From positions 1 to 41,529 of IMG/VR virus record IMGVR_UViG_3300009515_000004: DNA of 41,529 bases, one strand, 5' to 3'. The notes below the pieces were generated by a model. It saw only the letters and a list, made by a program, of their open reading frames with translations. It ran no database searches and was not told the DNA's origin. The stretch comes from a virus. The position numbers and the translations under genes were made by a program. This document shows, in pieces, positions 17,499 through 26,078 of this stretch (the stretch's first letter is position 1; each line of letters starts with the position of its first letter).

Positions 17499-18064
17499 CA
17501 GCCCACGACCCCCGAACCGAAGCTACCCAGTGGCCCCTGGTTCGGGTTCTGGAGCGGACCCGGCGAGGGGATGAAGACGCTCCTGCCGCCGCCAGACGCA
17601 AAACCTGCCTGCGTGGTGAACTGCGCCGCGCCCGCGGCACCCGTCAGGATCGACTGGATGCCCTGCGCCGTGAACGCCTGCGCCTGCGCGTCTCCCGTGA
17701 TCTCCGCCTGGACCCCGGCCAGCCGCTCCTGGAACGCCTGGGAATCGAGGCCGAACTTCTGGTGGAGGGCGTCGAGCTCGTTCTGGATCTCCGTGTCGAG
17801 GATCAGATCGAGCGCGGAGCCGGTGCCAGGCAGCACCCCACTCTTCGCAAACGCCACGCGCTGCCGCGCGACGAGCCTCCGGCCGGAGGTTCTCGTCTCG
17901 TCCGCCCGGATGCGCCCGATGGCCTCGAGGGTGTCTGCGTTGAGCTGGGCCTGGGCATTGGCGGCCCGGCCGGCCTTCTCGGCCGTGCTGGCCGCAGAAA
18001 GGCTCCCGAACAGACCAGACGCTGCTGATCCGGCCATCAGACCGTACACACCCGCAGGCGGCAT
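17498..18064 (-). CDS. Internal virion protein (T7 gp14 position, 188 aa)
   Basis: The ATG at 18064 is preceded by GGAGGAGG with a 6-nt spacer (the track ORF starts 6 nt earlier at GTG). Gly/Ala-rich termini. Size close to T7 gp14. Confidence 0.6.
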   Translation of the reverse strand: MPPAGVYGLMAGSAASGLFGSLSAASTAEKAGRAANAQAQLNADTLEAIGRIRADETRTSGRRLVARQRVAFAKSGVLPGTGSALDLILDTEIQNELDALHQKFGLDSQAFQERLAGVQAEITGDAQAQAFTAQGIQSILTGAAGAAQFTTQAGFASGGGRSVFIPSPGPLQNPNQGPLGSFGSGVVG

Positions 18065-18092
18065 CCTCACCCTCCTCCGCGCAGAAAGTAGG

Positions 18093-21000
18093 TCATCTGG
18101 CCCGGTTTCCCCTCGCTCCCTTCTGCAGCTTCGGGAGGAGTGCGACGAGTGTCATGGGCAGCGGGTCGGCCTGCCGAACGTAGACCTCTCCGTAGGTATC
18201 CCACCCCGCATCGAAATCGACTTCGATGTCGCCTGTGAACAGCCCGGTCAGAGTGCCCATCTCGAGGTCGTGGGGCACGAGGTCAAGCTCAGTCAGATCC
18301 GAGGAGTTCGGCCCGTACGTCCCGCCCATCGTGTTGTCGAGGCGGAGAACGAGGTGATCGATCCGGCCCAGCTTGCCCTGCGCAGACCCCTCCTGATCGG
18401 TGAGCGCGAGCCGCAGCGACTGGAAATCCGATTCGTAGCGGAACCCGATGTGGACCTTCGACGCTGCCTCGTCGAGTGTCAGGACCCCGCCAGCCGACAC
18501 CGTCTGATCGCGCAGCACGTTGCCATCGGCCAGCACATCGACCGTCTCGTTCGCCAGATGCGTGAGGCCATCGATGGAGGTCTTCGCGACGCCGTTGTAG
18601 GTGATGCCGCCGTCCACAAAGAATGCGTCATCAAGCGAATCGTCCGTGGCAAAGATGTCCTCGATGAACTCGATCCAGCGCACGGTCGATCCGTTCACCG
18701 TCCGCCTGACCGAGAGCCAGACCTGATCGTGCTTTCGATTCTCTCGCCCGACACTGGAGGCGTCCCCTGCCGGCGACGGGATCACAGCGACGGATTCAAT
18801 GACGACGTCAGTACCGCCAGCCTCGATTCTCCCCCATCCACTCACGTTCTGATCTCGCATGATTGCGATCGACAATGCCTCGCCATCGACCTTCGTCATG
18901 TACGCGGTGGAGAACGGAGCCGGCGCGTACTCCACCTGTGTGATTCCCGATTCGGTAATTTCTTCGGCCAGGAGCGTCAGATCTTCCGCCAGGTACGAAT
19001 CGGATTCGAATGAATAGCCAAGAGAGAACGCCTTGAGCGCAGTGTCCGAGATGTAGACGACGCGATCGTCCACGACGATTGGACGGATGCGCAGGGATCC
19101 CTTGGCGGTTCTTCCCAGGATCTGGACGTTCGAAGGCGTGATTGCAGACGTGATCGTGGAAGCCTGTACGCTGAACGTGTTCGATGCGGTTCCAACGATC
19201 AGCGTTCTGATCGCTGACATCCACTGGATGTTGTTCACCTCATTCGAGCTGATCACGAACGTCAGCGCGTTGTCGTCGTTGACCGTACTGTCGAGATCTC
19301 CAGCGGATCCCGTCGGCCTGAAATTGAGAAAGTCTGCCGTCACGCTCGCGTACAGCGTGAGTGGGGCTCCTGCGTTCCCACCGAACCAGAGCCTCTGCTC
19401 GTGGAACGACACCGCCGCCGGGAATCCCCTCTCCGCACGAGACGACCAGGCCGGGACTCGCCACAGGGTGGAAGCAGTCGTTCCCCCAAAATTCGATTTT
19501 ACGTTGGCGCGCGCGACAGGGAGCATCCCATCGCCAGAAATCGAGACGACAGCTCCAGTAGCAATCTCAGTGAATGTCGTGGGACGCCCGTTCTTCGTTT
19601 CCGTCAAGTAGAACGAATCCACATCGACGAATCCGATGTAGTAGTCCGTGTTCTCATCGAATCCACCGGGCAGGACATTCGGTGTATCTGGCTTCAATCG
19701 GAACGGACCTTCACCTCCAGTGAAACCATGAGCGACGACGTCGATCACACTCGAGATGATGACTGGAGTCGCAGAGAATGATCCAGTTTCGATGTCAACC
19801 CTGTCCACATCCTCGATTGCATCCTGCTTCGATGTGTAAAACGCAAGCGTGTTCGCATCGACAGCTCGGATCCAGTATTCACTCGTTGTCGTAAGACCAT
19901 CCGGGAGTACTCCGCCACCGTCCACGTTGAGCCGAACGAGCTCTCCGGTATCCATCAAGTGGCCGGTTGCAGTCACCTGCTCCAGGGATACGTTGATCGC
20001 GGACATGTTCGCCGTCTGCACGTCACCAGAGCCGACATCGAAAGTGACTGGATCGATCGAGACGATTCTCGCCCATCCCCAGTTGCCAGTCGATTCCGTG
20101 TCGATTCGGACAGGAGTCCCGACGTCGGCTGGCGTCCAGTATGCCTTTGAACTCGTAATCGTGATGTTGTTCCCGGTGTTCGCAGACGGCTGCATCGTGT
20201 GATCGGCATCCGCATTGATGTCCAGATACGGGCCGTCATCGAACTCAATGACTTCCAGGCTGAACCCTTGGGCAGAGAATCTCGACAGCGTTCGTGGCGC
20301 GTGATTCCTATGCACGAGATACATGACGTCGGCGGAACGATCGAACTGAATCTCGAACAGCTCACTTTCTAGATACGGCGTGTCGATCTCTACGATCGTT
20401 GCCGTGTTCAGGGTGAGGGTGTGGGTTCCGATAGGGCTTGGATCATCGAAGGTGGTGACAGGACCTGTTCTTCCTTCGGCGAGCCGGAAGACATTCCTCG
20501 CATACTCGTCCGTTGGGCGGAGCACCATATCACCATCGCCAGCGCTCGTGATGTTGACGGAGGTGCCGCCTCGTGTTTCAGAGAGTTGAAAGGTGTCGTC
20601 CGATACGACGTTGATCCAGTAGTCCTTCTCAAGCTCGAGTCCGCCTGGGATCGTGCTGCTCGTCTCCAGACGGAACGGACCCATTCTCGATGTGAGGTTG
20701 TGAGAGACTTTTGAAATCGTCTCTGCGGTGGTGGAGACGTCTCCGTCTGAGAATTCAATTGGCTGCGGCTTGCGTAGGAAATACTGTGTTGACGTGTCGA
20801 AGGTTCCGGTCGTCGTAGCTGTGAAAGGACCTGCGTTGTGTGCGTACCCGTGTCCTACAGATAGGAACTCGGACGAGTCCGCATATGCCTGTGTTTCGGC
20901 AATGATGACCAGTGGAGAATGGAGAAGCTTCCCCTCGTTCCTGAAGAACCTCATCTTCAGATGCGAAAGCTCGATGACATACGACTCGTCGTCGGATACG

Positions 21001-21215
21001 ACAAACGGGATCAGCCTGGATACGACTGTAGAATCGGATGCTTCTGAGACGAACCGGGTTCCGGATCGGCGTACCAGCGGACCCTGCGGAGTCACCTGGA
21101 AGTTCTTCAAGAACGCGGCGGCTCGCGCGTAGAGAGCCAGGTCCGTTCTGCCGTAGAGCCTCGGAGAGAACTCCCCGGCGTTGAATGCATTTTGGATCGG
21201 GGAGAATCTAGGCAT
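18093..21215 (-). CDS. Tail tubular protein B / nozzle (T7 gp12-like), with inserted repeat domains
   Basis: N-terminus FSPIQNAFNAGEFSPRLYGRTDLALYARAAAFLKNFQVTPQGPLVRRSGTRFV, and later QFDRSADVMYLVHRNHAPRTLSR, are typical of this family. The ATG at 21215 overlaps the upstream stop by 1 nt. Confidence 0.8.
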   Translation of the reverse strand: MPRFSPIQNAFNAGEFSPRLYGRTDLALYARAAAFLKNFQVTPQGPLVRRSGTRFVSEASDSTVVSRLIPFVVSDDESYVIELSHLKMRFFRNEGKLLHSPLVIIAETQAYADSSEFLSVGHGYAHNAGPFTATTTGTFDTSTQYFLRKPQPIEFSDGDVSTTAETISKVSHNLTSRMGPFRLETSSTIPGGLELEKDYWINVVSDDTFQLSETRGGTSVNITSAGDGDMVLRPTDEYARNVFRLAEGRTGPVTTFDDPSPIGTHTLTLNTATIVEIDTPYLESELFEIQFDRSADVMYLVHRNHAPRTLSRFSAQGFSLEVIEFDDGPYLDINADADHTMQPSANTGNNITITSSKAYWTPADVGTPVRIDTESTGNWGWARIVSIDPVTFDVGSGDVQTANMSAINVSLEQVTATGHLMDTGELVRLNVDGGGVLPDGLTTTSEYWIRAVDANTLAFYTSKQDAIEDVDRVDIETGSFSATPVIISSVIDVVAHGFTGGEGPFRLKPDTPNVLPGGFDENTDYYIGFVDVDSFYLTETKNGRPTTFTEIATGAVVSISGDGMLPVARANVKSNFGGTTASTLWRVPAWSSRAERGFPAAVSFHEQRLWFGGNAGAPLTLYASVTADFLNFRPTGSAGDLDSTVNDDNALTFVISSNEVNNIQWMSAIRTLIVGTASNTFSVQASTITSAITPSNVQILGRTAKGSLRIRPIVVDDRVVYISDTALKAFSLGYSFESDSYLAEDLTLLAEEITESGITQVEYAPAPFSTAYMTKVDGEALSIAIMRDQNVSGWGRIEAGGTDVVIESVAVIPSPAGDASSVGRENRKHDQVWLSVRRTVNGSTVRWIEFIEDIFATDDSLDDAFFVDGGITYNGVAKTSIDGLTHLANETVDVLADGNVLRDQTVSAGGVLTLDEAASKVHIGFRYESDFQSLRLALTDQEGSAQGKLGRIDHLVLRLDNTMGGTYGPNSSDLTELDLVPHDLEMGTLTGLFTGDIEVDFDAGWDTYGEVYVRQADPLPMTLVALLPKLQKGARGNRAR

Positions 21216-23014
21216 CAGTCCCTCTCTCTCGCCCTTCCCCGGGTAGACAACCAAGCACTGAAAGGACGAACCTCTCTTGGCTGCTGTTCTTGACCGTTCG
21301 CTGTAGCAGCCGCTTCAGAACGACTTCTGAGTATTCCGAATACTTCACGGAGCTTCTCGCTCGATCCTGTCACAGCCTCCGCGAGATCCACGGCAATCAG
21401 CGCCGACAGGGTCTGGCGGAAATCGACAGTCATATCCATGGGACTTTCAACGCGCCGAATATACTCGATCTTCAGCGGAGGGAAGATGTTGGTGATAATG
21501 GCCCTCCCCTCGATGATCCAGGAGAGAGCGTACTCATTCTCGACATCCACGACGCGAAGGCAGTCTTTCGGAAGCGGATACATGTATCCGTATTGCCAAG
21601 CCGGTTTTGTCGCAGACGAGGAAATCTCTGCCCTTGTCACCGCGAAAGACCACGGAATCACGCGAAGGAGCTCGTCCCGAAGATCGCAAAAACGATCAGC
21701 GATTAGCCTGGCAGTCTTCTTTGAGTCATTGAGGGAGTCTATTCTTTGCTCCCCGAGAAGGACGAGGGCACCGTTGGCAATCGAAGTCTCGGATGCGGAA
21801 AACTCGTCAGCCGCTGTTGTTGGAACCGTCGCTGGAGGAGGAGCGATTGGTTTCGTGTACGTTATTTCGAGAGAAGCTCCGAGAGCCTCGATCTCTTCAA
21901 TCGTGTTGTCCACCTTCGTAGGGTCGAACGCAATCGCGAACCGACGATCTGTTCCATCGCCGATGATGTCGTAGTTCGGGAGGTTTACGCCGCCGTCATT
22001 GATGATGGCGTCTATCACCTGACCGAGATTGGCAGCAGTGTAGTCAGGCGAAGTTGACGCATCGCCGAAGCTGACCGTGTCGTCCACCAGTCGGAGCACA
22101 GGCATTGTGTACGGGCCGTACAAAAGCGCGGCCAGATGATTCGGTGCGCTGAATGTCGCGTTGGTGTCGTTGACCGTGGGCTGCGGAAGCGAGTAGTCGC
22201 TGAAGATTGCGTGCCTTCCGAATCCGTTCGTCGATCCTTTCATCCCGAATGAAGATCCGCCCTGGGCTTGAACCATTTGCAATTCTATGGTGTTCGTAGC
22301 GTCAGGCCACGTCGCGTCACTTAGTTGATAGATGATGACTTCGTTCGCACTATTGCGGATGTTCCTGGAGAAATTGAAAACGACAGGAACGTCCTGTGCA
22401 GTCGGCAAATCGTTGAATAGAACAGCGTCGGAAGTCTGAATCAGATCTCCGCGTCTCCAGTAGTACGGACCACCCGTCGTGCGATAGGCGTCGATCGTCA
22501 GGCTTGGGTTGGAAGCAAGCGAGCCGATTCGTCGCATCCTGGCCTGAAAGCGGTTGACGTCTTCGACTCCGTTGTGCGCCAATCCGAACATCGGAGCGAC
22601 GTCGCCTTCCGCAGGGTCCATCGTGTAGTAGTAAAGAGTCGGAGCGGGCGGCTCGATCCAGCTCGTCGCGACAGCCGCCGTGGCCCCCCAGGCAGAGGAC
22701 CTGCTCTGAGTTCCGGATGAAACCTGATCCCAGTCGGTGGTCCGACCCCAACCGCTGGCGTCGTTCAGCAGAGCCATCCGGAGGACGAAATTCGCGAATG
22801 CGAGCTTCTTCCAGGTAAGCGTAATCTTGGCACTGTGAATCGTACTGCCGCGTGGAACGTCATCGAGGTTCCAGGCGATGTATGCGGTGGCCTTCCGGCT
22901 GAAGGCGTCGTCGCCGAACTTGAGCGTGGACTCGGTGGAGTTGTCGCCCTGCGGGAGCTTGTCTCGATACCCATACGTGTCGCTGACGGGGTAGTAGACG
23001 CTGGTTGTACTCAC
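21215..23014 (-). CDS. Fusion protein: unknown ~400-aa N-terminal domain plus a C-terminal adaptor (T7 gp11-like) domain
   Basis: GTG start. The C-terminal ~195 aa (SETSIANGALVLLGEQRIDSLNDSKKTARLIADRF...) parallels the whole of ORF 23033..23653. Confidence 0.75.
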   Translation of the reverse strand: MSTTSVYYPVSDTYGYRDKLPQGDNSTESTLKFGDDAFSRKATAYIAWNLDDVPRGSTIHSAKITLTWKKLAFANFVLRMALLNDASGWGRTTDWDQVSSGTQSRSSAWGATAAVATSWIEPPAPTLYYYTMDPAEGDVAPMFGLAHNGVEDVNRFQARMRRIGSLASNPSLTIDAYRTTGGPYYWRRGDLIQTSDAVLFNDLPTAQDVPVVFNFSRNIRNSANEVIIYQLSDATWPDATNTIELQMVQAQGGSSFGMKGSTNGFGRHAIFSDYSLPQPTVNDTNATFSAPNHLAALLYGPYTMPVLRLVDDTVSFGDASTSPDYTAANLGQVIDAIINDGGVNLPNYDIIGDGTDRRFAIAFDPTKVDNTIEEIEALGASLEITYTKPIAPPPATVPTTAADEFSASETSIANGALVLLGEQRIDSLNDSKKTARLIADRFCDLRDELLRVIPWSFAVTRAEISSSATKPAWQYGYMYPLPKDCLRVVDVENEYALSWIIEGRAIITNIFPPLKIEYIRRVESPMDMTVDFRQTLSALIAVDLAEAVTGSSEKLREVFGILRSRSEAAATANGQEQQPREVRPFSAWLSTRGRARERD

Positions 23015-23032
23015 GGTCTTGGCGACTCGTGA

Positions 23033-23653
23033 CTATAGAGGCGTGCCTTGCCCACTAGGGATTCTCCTGGAGAATCCGACCGCGTCTCTTGAGTCGAGCC
23101 ATTCACCGGCTTCGACGAAGGCCGGGCTTGGTTCTTGCCCGTCTGGCGTGCGGGCGGACTGAAGCTTCGACTGATAGATGTTCTGGAGCTCCTGGACCTT
23201 GGTATTCGTTCCGGTGATCGCCTCAGCCAGATCCCACGCGAGGTGGGCGGCGAGGGCCTGGCGGAACAGAACGTCCATCTCCGTGGGATCCGTTACCTGC
23301 TTGGTGTAGACGATCTCGAGGGGCTCCCCGAGGTCCGTCACGATCGCGCGCCCCTCGACGCGCCAGGGCTCGCCGCCGGGGTTGTTGACGTTCAGGAGGC
23401 GAAGCAGGTCTTCGGGGAACGGGTAGAGGTTGTTGAATCCCCATACCGGCTCCTCCGTGTCCTTCGCGATCTGCGCCCTGGCCTGCGCGAAGTTCCACGG
23501 ATGCACGCGCAGCGTGTCGTCGCGCACTTCGTCGAACCGCTCCTTGATCAGCTTGGCGGTCTTCGACGTGCCATCGATCGAGTCAATGCGACGCTCGCCC
23601 AGAAGGACGAGCGCCGCATTGGCAATCGAAGTCTCCGAGGGAGACGAGGCCAT
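23033..23653 (-). CDS. Adaptor / tail tubular protein A (T7 gp11-like)
   Basis: SIANAALVLLGERRIDSIDGTSKTAKLIKERFDEVRDDTLRVHPWNFA...YPFPEDLLRLLNV is the pattern I associate with gp11-type proteins. It lies just upstream of the nozzle gene. Confidence 0.75.
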   Translation of the reverse strand: MASSPSETSIANAALVLLGERRIDSIDGTSKTAKLIKERFDEVRDDTLRVHPWNFAQARAQIAKDTEEPVWGFNNLYPFPEDLLRLLNVNNPGGEPWRVEGRAIVTDLGEPLEIVYTKQVTDPTEMDVLFRQALAAHLAWDLAEAITGTNTKVQELQNIYQSKLQSARTPDGQEPSPAFVEAGEWLDSRDAVGFSRRIPSGQGTPL

Positions 23654-23656
23654 GGA

Positions 23657-24205
23657 TCAGTTTCCACCCGCGGTGTAGACGGCCTCCAGGACGAACTCGG
23701 CACCAACCGTCACCGCAGTTTCCGTGTTCATCGTCAGCACCAGATCCCACAGCTCGACGGGGTCTGCGGAGTAGGATCCTCCACCCTCGTCGGCGAGCTG
23801 CCAGAGGTGCTTTCCGCGGTCCTCGTCTTCGAGTACCGCCAGCGCGAAAAGATCGACACGCGCGATGGCAACGGTGAGGTCGTCGCAGGGTGACGTCGCA
23901 GCGGCGCAGAACAGGTCCAGGTCGATGACCGCCCCTCCGTCCGTGGCGTAAAGACCCATGTCGGAAGTCATTGTCGTTCCGGTCAGAGACGGAGTGCTCA
24001 GGTACAGGTGGATCAGCCGATCGGAACTCTTCATCTGCATGAAGCGAACCTGCTCGTCGTCCGTCACGCCTGCCGCCACTGTCGCCGTGGCGCGCTTGTA
24101 GCGGAGCGTAGCGTGGTCGAGCCCCGGTCCGGCCTTGATGCGAGGATCGTCCTGTGAAGTTCCGCCGACGGTCGTCGTGAAGTGGTCTGAGTAATAATCG
24201 GCCAT
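23657..24205 (-). CDS. Paralogue D of the four-member family (182 aa), unknown virion-module protein
   Basis: MADYYSDHF..., LRYKRATATV, DDEQVRFMQMKSSDRLIHLYLST, GKHLWQLA, DPVELWDL. AAGAGAG SD upstream. Confidence 0.75.
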   Translation of the reverse strand: MADYYSDHFTTTVGGTSQDDPRIKAGPGLDHATLRYKRATATVAAGVTDDEQVRFMQMKSSDRLIHLYLSTPSLTGTTMTSDMGLYATDGGAVIDLDLFCAAATSPCDDLTVAIARVDLFALAVLEDEDRGKHLWQLADEGGGSYSADPVELWDLVLTMNTETAVTVGAEFVLEAVYTAGGN

Positions 24206-24272
24206 TTGATTTCTCTCTTTCTTTCACCCGCGCCTCAGAGCCCCGGACATTCCGCTGACTCGTTGCGCAGAA

Positions 24273-24878
24273 TCAATAATCGTAGTTCGTCCCGCCTTCG
24301 GCCTGGATGTAGTAGAACTCAATGACGAACTCGCCAGTGGCGTTGTTGGTCGGAGTGAACGATACGTCCGTGATGATGTCCACGGCAACCTTCGGGTCTT
24401 CCGAGTACGTCGTCAGTCCGTGCTGGTTCATGTGATCCCAGAGAGGCTTCCCGCGATCATCAGCTCCGAGGGTTCCTCCCTGGAAGAATAGAGACGTCTT
24501 GCGGGACTCTGATGTCATTCCGGCGTTCGTAAAGTAGAACGAACCCAGCCGGGTGCTCGTGCCTCCACTGATGAAATCGTTTTGCAGCTGTGCCGACATG
24601 GTCAAGTTGCCATTGGCCTGCCCTTGGGTCGACAGGAACACGTCGATGATCCGGTCGGAGCTGTGGAACGATACGGTTCGGATGAACTCGCTCTGGTTGT
24701 AGCCAGTCGGGGCTGGTTCGCCTCCTGCCGGCCTGTCTTCCGTGACGAGGTTGATGTATGCGCGCTTGTAGCGAATGATGCCGCCGGACTCACCCATCTC
24801 CCGCTTGAAATCAGGATCCCACGCGAGTAGCGGCTCGCCTGTTTCTGGGCCGAACAGCGATGAGTAGTAGGTCGTCAT
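24273..24878 (-). CDS. Paralogue C (201 aa)
   Basis: Internal ATG of ORF 24273..24971 overlapping the stop of paralogue B (ATGA). MTTYYSSLF, IRYKRAYINL, FIRTVSFHSSDRIIDVFLST, GKPLWDHM. Confidence 0.75.
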   Translation of the reverse strand: MTTYYSSLFGPETGEPLLAWDPDFKREMGESGGIIRYKRAYINLVTEDRPAGGEPAPTGYNQSEFIRTVSFHSSDRIIDVFLSTQGQANGNLTMSAQLQNDFISGGTSTRLGSFYFTNAGMTSESRKTSLFFQGGTLGADDRGKPLWDHMNQHGLTTYSEDPKVAVDIITDVSFTPTNNATGEFVIEFYYIQAEGGTNYDY

Positions 24879-25462
24879 GACACCGCCTTCGTGTACCAGA
24901 GCTGGACGTCGATGTTGCCGTTGATGATACCGGCACCGCCCACATCGGTGATCGTTCCGATGAGATCCCACTCCTGGTGAGGGTTCGTCGAGTAGGACAA
25001 ACCCGTCACGCGATCGTTGGCAATCTCCCAGAGACTCTTTCCAAGATCGTCGAAAGGATCCATGAGTGCCCCGGGATTGGCGAGAACCGACTCTTCCTCG
25101 AGTGTCGATCCGATGTCCACGACGCCGGCCAACATGTCAACAGCATTCGCATGAACGAGGGGGCCGTCGTGAGCGATTCCCTTGAGCGCGATTCCGATGT
25201 CCATGTCAGTGGCTGCCGTCCATGGAGCTTTCGTGCTCACGAGAATCCGTAGCGGAACATCGCCGGATTTCATCGGGAACAACCGCAGAACGTCTCCATC
25301 CTGCACTGGGTCAGTGGCTGGAAGATTGCGCACGACGCACTTCATGTAGCGGACTGGAGCGTACTGCCGCGTCGCTGAAATCTTCAGCGTCGTTCCGTCT
25401 TGCGCGAGCTGCGACGAAGCCGTCGCGCTTCCGAGATACTGGTCCGAGAAGTACGTGGTCAT
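24875..25462 (-). CDS. Paralogue B (195 aa)
   Basis: Internal ATG of ORF 24875..25597 overlapping the stop of paralogue A (ATGA). MTTYFSDQY, VRYMKCVVRNL, DGDVLRLFPMKSGDVPLRILVST, GKSLWEIA, NPHQEWDL. Confidence 0.75.
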   Translation of the reverse strand: MTTYFSDQYLGSATASSQLAQDGTTLKISATRQYAPVRYMKCVVRNLPATDPVQDGDVLRLFPMKSGDVPLRILVSTKAPWTAATDMDIGIALKGIAHDGPLVHANAVDMLAGVVDIGSTLEEESVLANPGALMDPFDDLGKSLWEIANDRVTGLSYSTNPHQEWDLIGTITDVGGAGIINGNIDVQLWYTKAVS

Positions 25463-26031
25463 GTGTAGAACATCGCGACGACGAGTTTTCCACTCGTCGT
25501 GTTCCCAGCAATGTCGGTCGGCGAGACGGTCAGATCCCACTCCTCCTTGGGATCTTGCGTCAGCGCAACACCCGCATCGGCAGCGTGCTCCCAGCACCGC
25601 TTGCCAGCGAGCTCGATCGATCCTCCCGCCACATCATCGGTCGTGACGTTGAAGTCCTGGTACGCGCCGTTCGTTGGATCGATCGTGATGTCTCCGCCAG
25701 ATCCAGAGAATATCTCCGCATCAACGATCGCACCGTCGTGATTCGCGCCCTTCTTGTGAAAACCGATGTACGCGAGCGGACTCGTTCCACCATCGAACTG
25801 ACCATCGGTGCTGAACCGAAGCTCAACGACCCGGTTTCTCGACCGGATTCGAGCCATCCTCACGACGTCGCCATCGCTGAGAGATGCCCCTACGGCGGTG
25901 AGATCGCACTTGCCAATCGCGACACGAAGCGGCGCTCCATTGATGTCATCCGCACCGTGCGATCCTTCATCAATGGTCCGCATGTCACCGTCGCGAGAGT
26001 AGTGATCGCTGTAGTAGGTGATGACTGTCAT
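25459..26031 (-). CDS. Paralogue A (190 aa)
   Basis: MTVITYYSDHY, LRVAIGKCDL, DGDVVRMARIRSRNRVVELRFST, GKRCWEHA, DPKEEWDL. First gene after the capsid-gene hairpin. Confidence 0.75.
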   Translation of the reverse strand: MTVITYYSDHYSRDGDMRTIDEGSHGADDINGAPLRVAIGKCDLTAVGASLSDGDVVRMARIRSRNRVVELRFSTDGQFDGGTSPLAYIGFHKKGANHDGAIVDAEIFSGSGGDITIDPTNGAYQDFNVTTDDVAGGSIELAGKRCWEHAADAGVALTQDPKEEWDLTVSPTDIAGNTTSGKLVVAMFYT

Positions 26032-26043
26032 GGCGGTAGGTTA

Positions 26044-26070
26044 GGGCGGGCGCTTTGCGAGCGCCCGCCC
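26044..26070 (-). terminator. Perfect 11-bp GC stem-loop immediately downstream of the major capsid gene
   Basis: GGGCGGGCGCT ttgcg AGCGCCCGCCC, 9 nt after the capsid stop. No U-tract. Same position as T-phi after T7 gene 10. Confidence 0.5.
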
Positions 26071-26078
26071 CGACTCCA

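Noticed and set aside
17490-19013. 507-aa plus-strand ORF and similar long plus-strand ORFs across the late operon (for example 28442..29734, 31220..32293, 26055..26969)
   Set aside because: They lie antisense to recognisable nozzle, portal, terminase and capsid genes. Their composition is dominated by R/L/P/G, and they have no SD or coupling.
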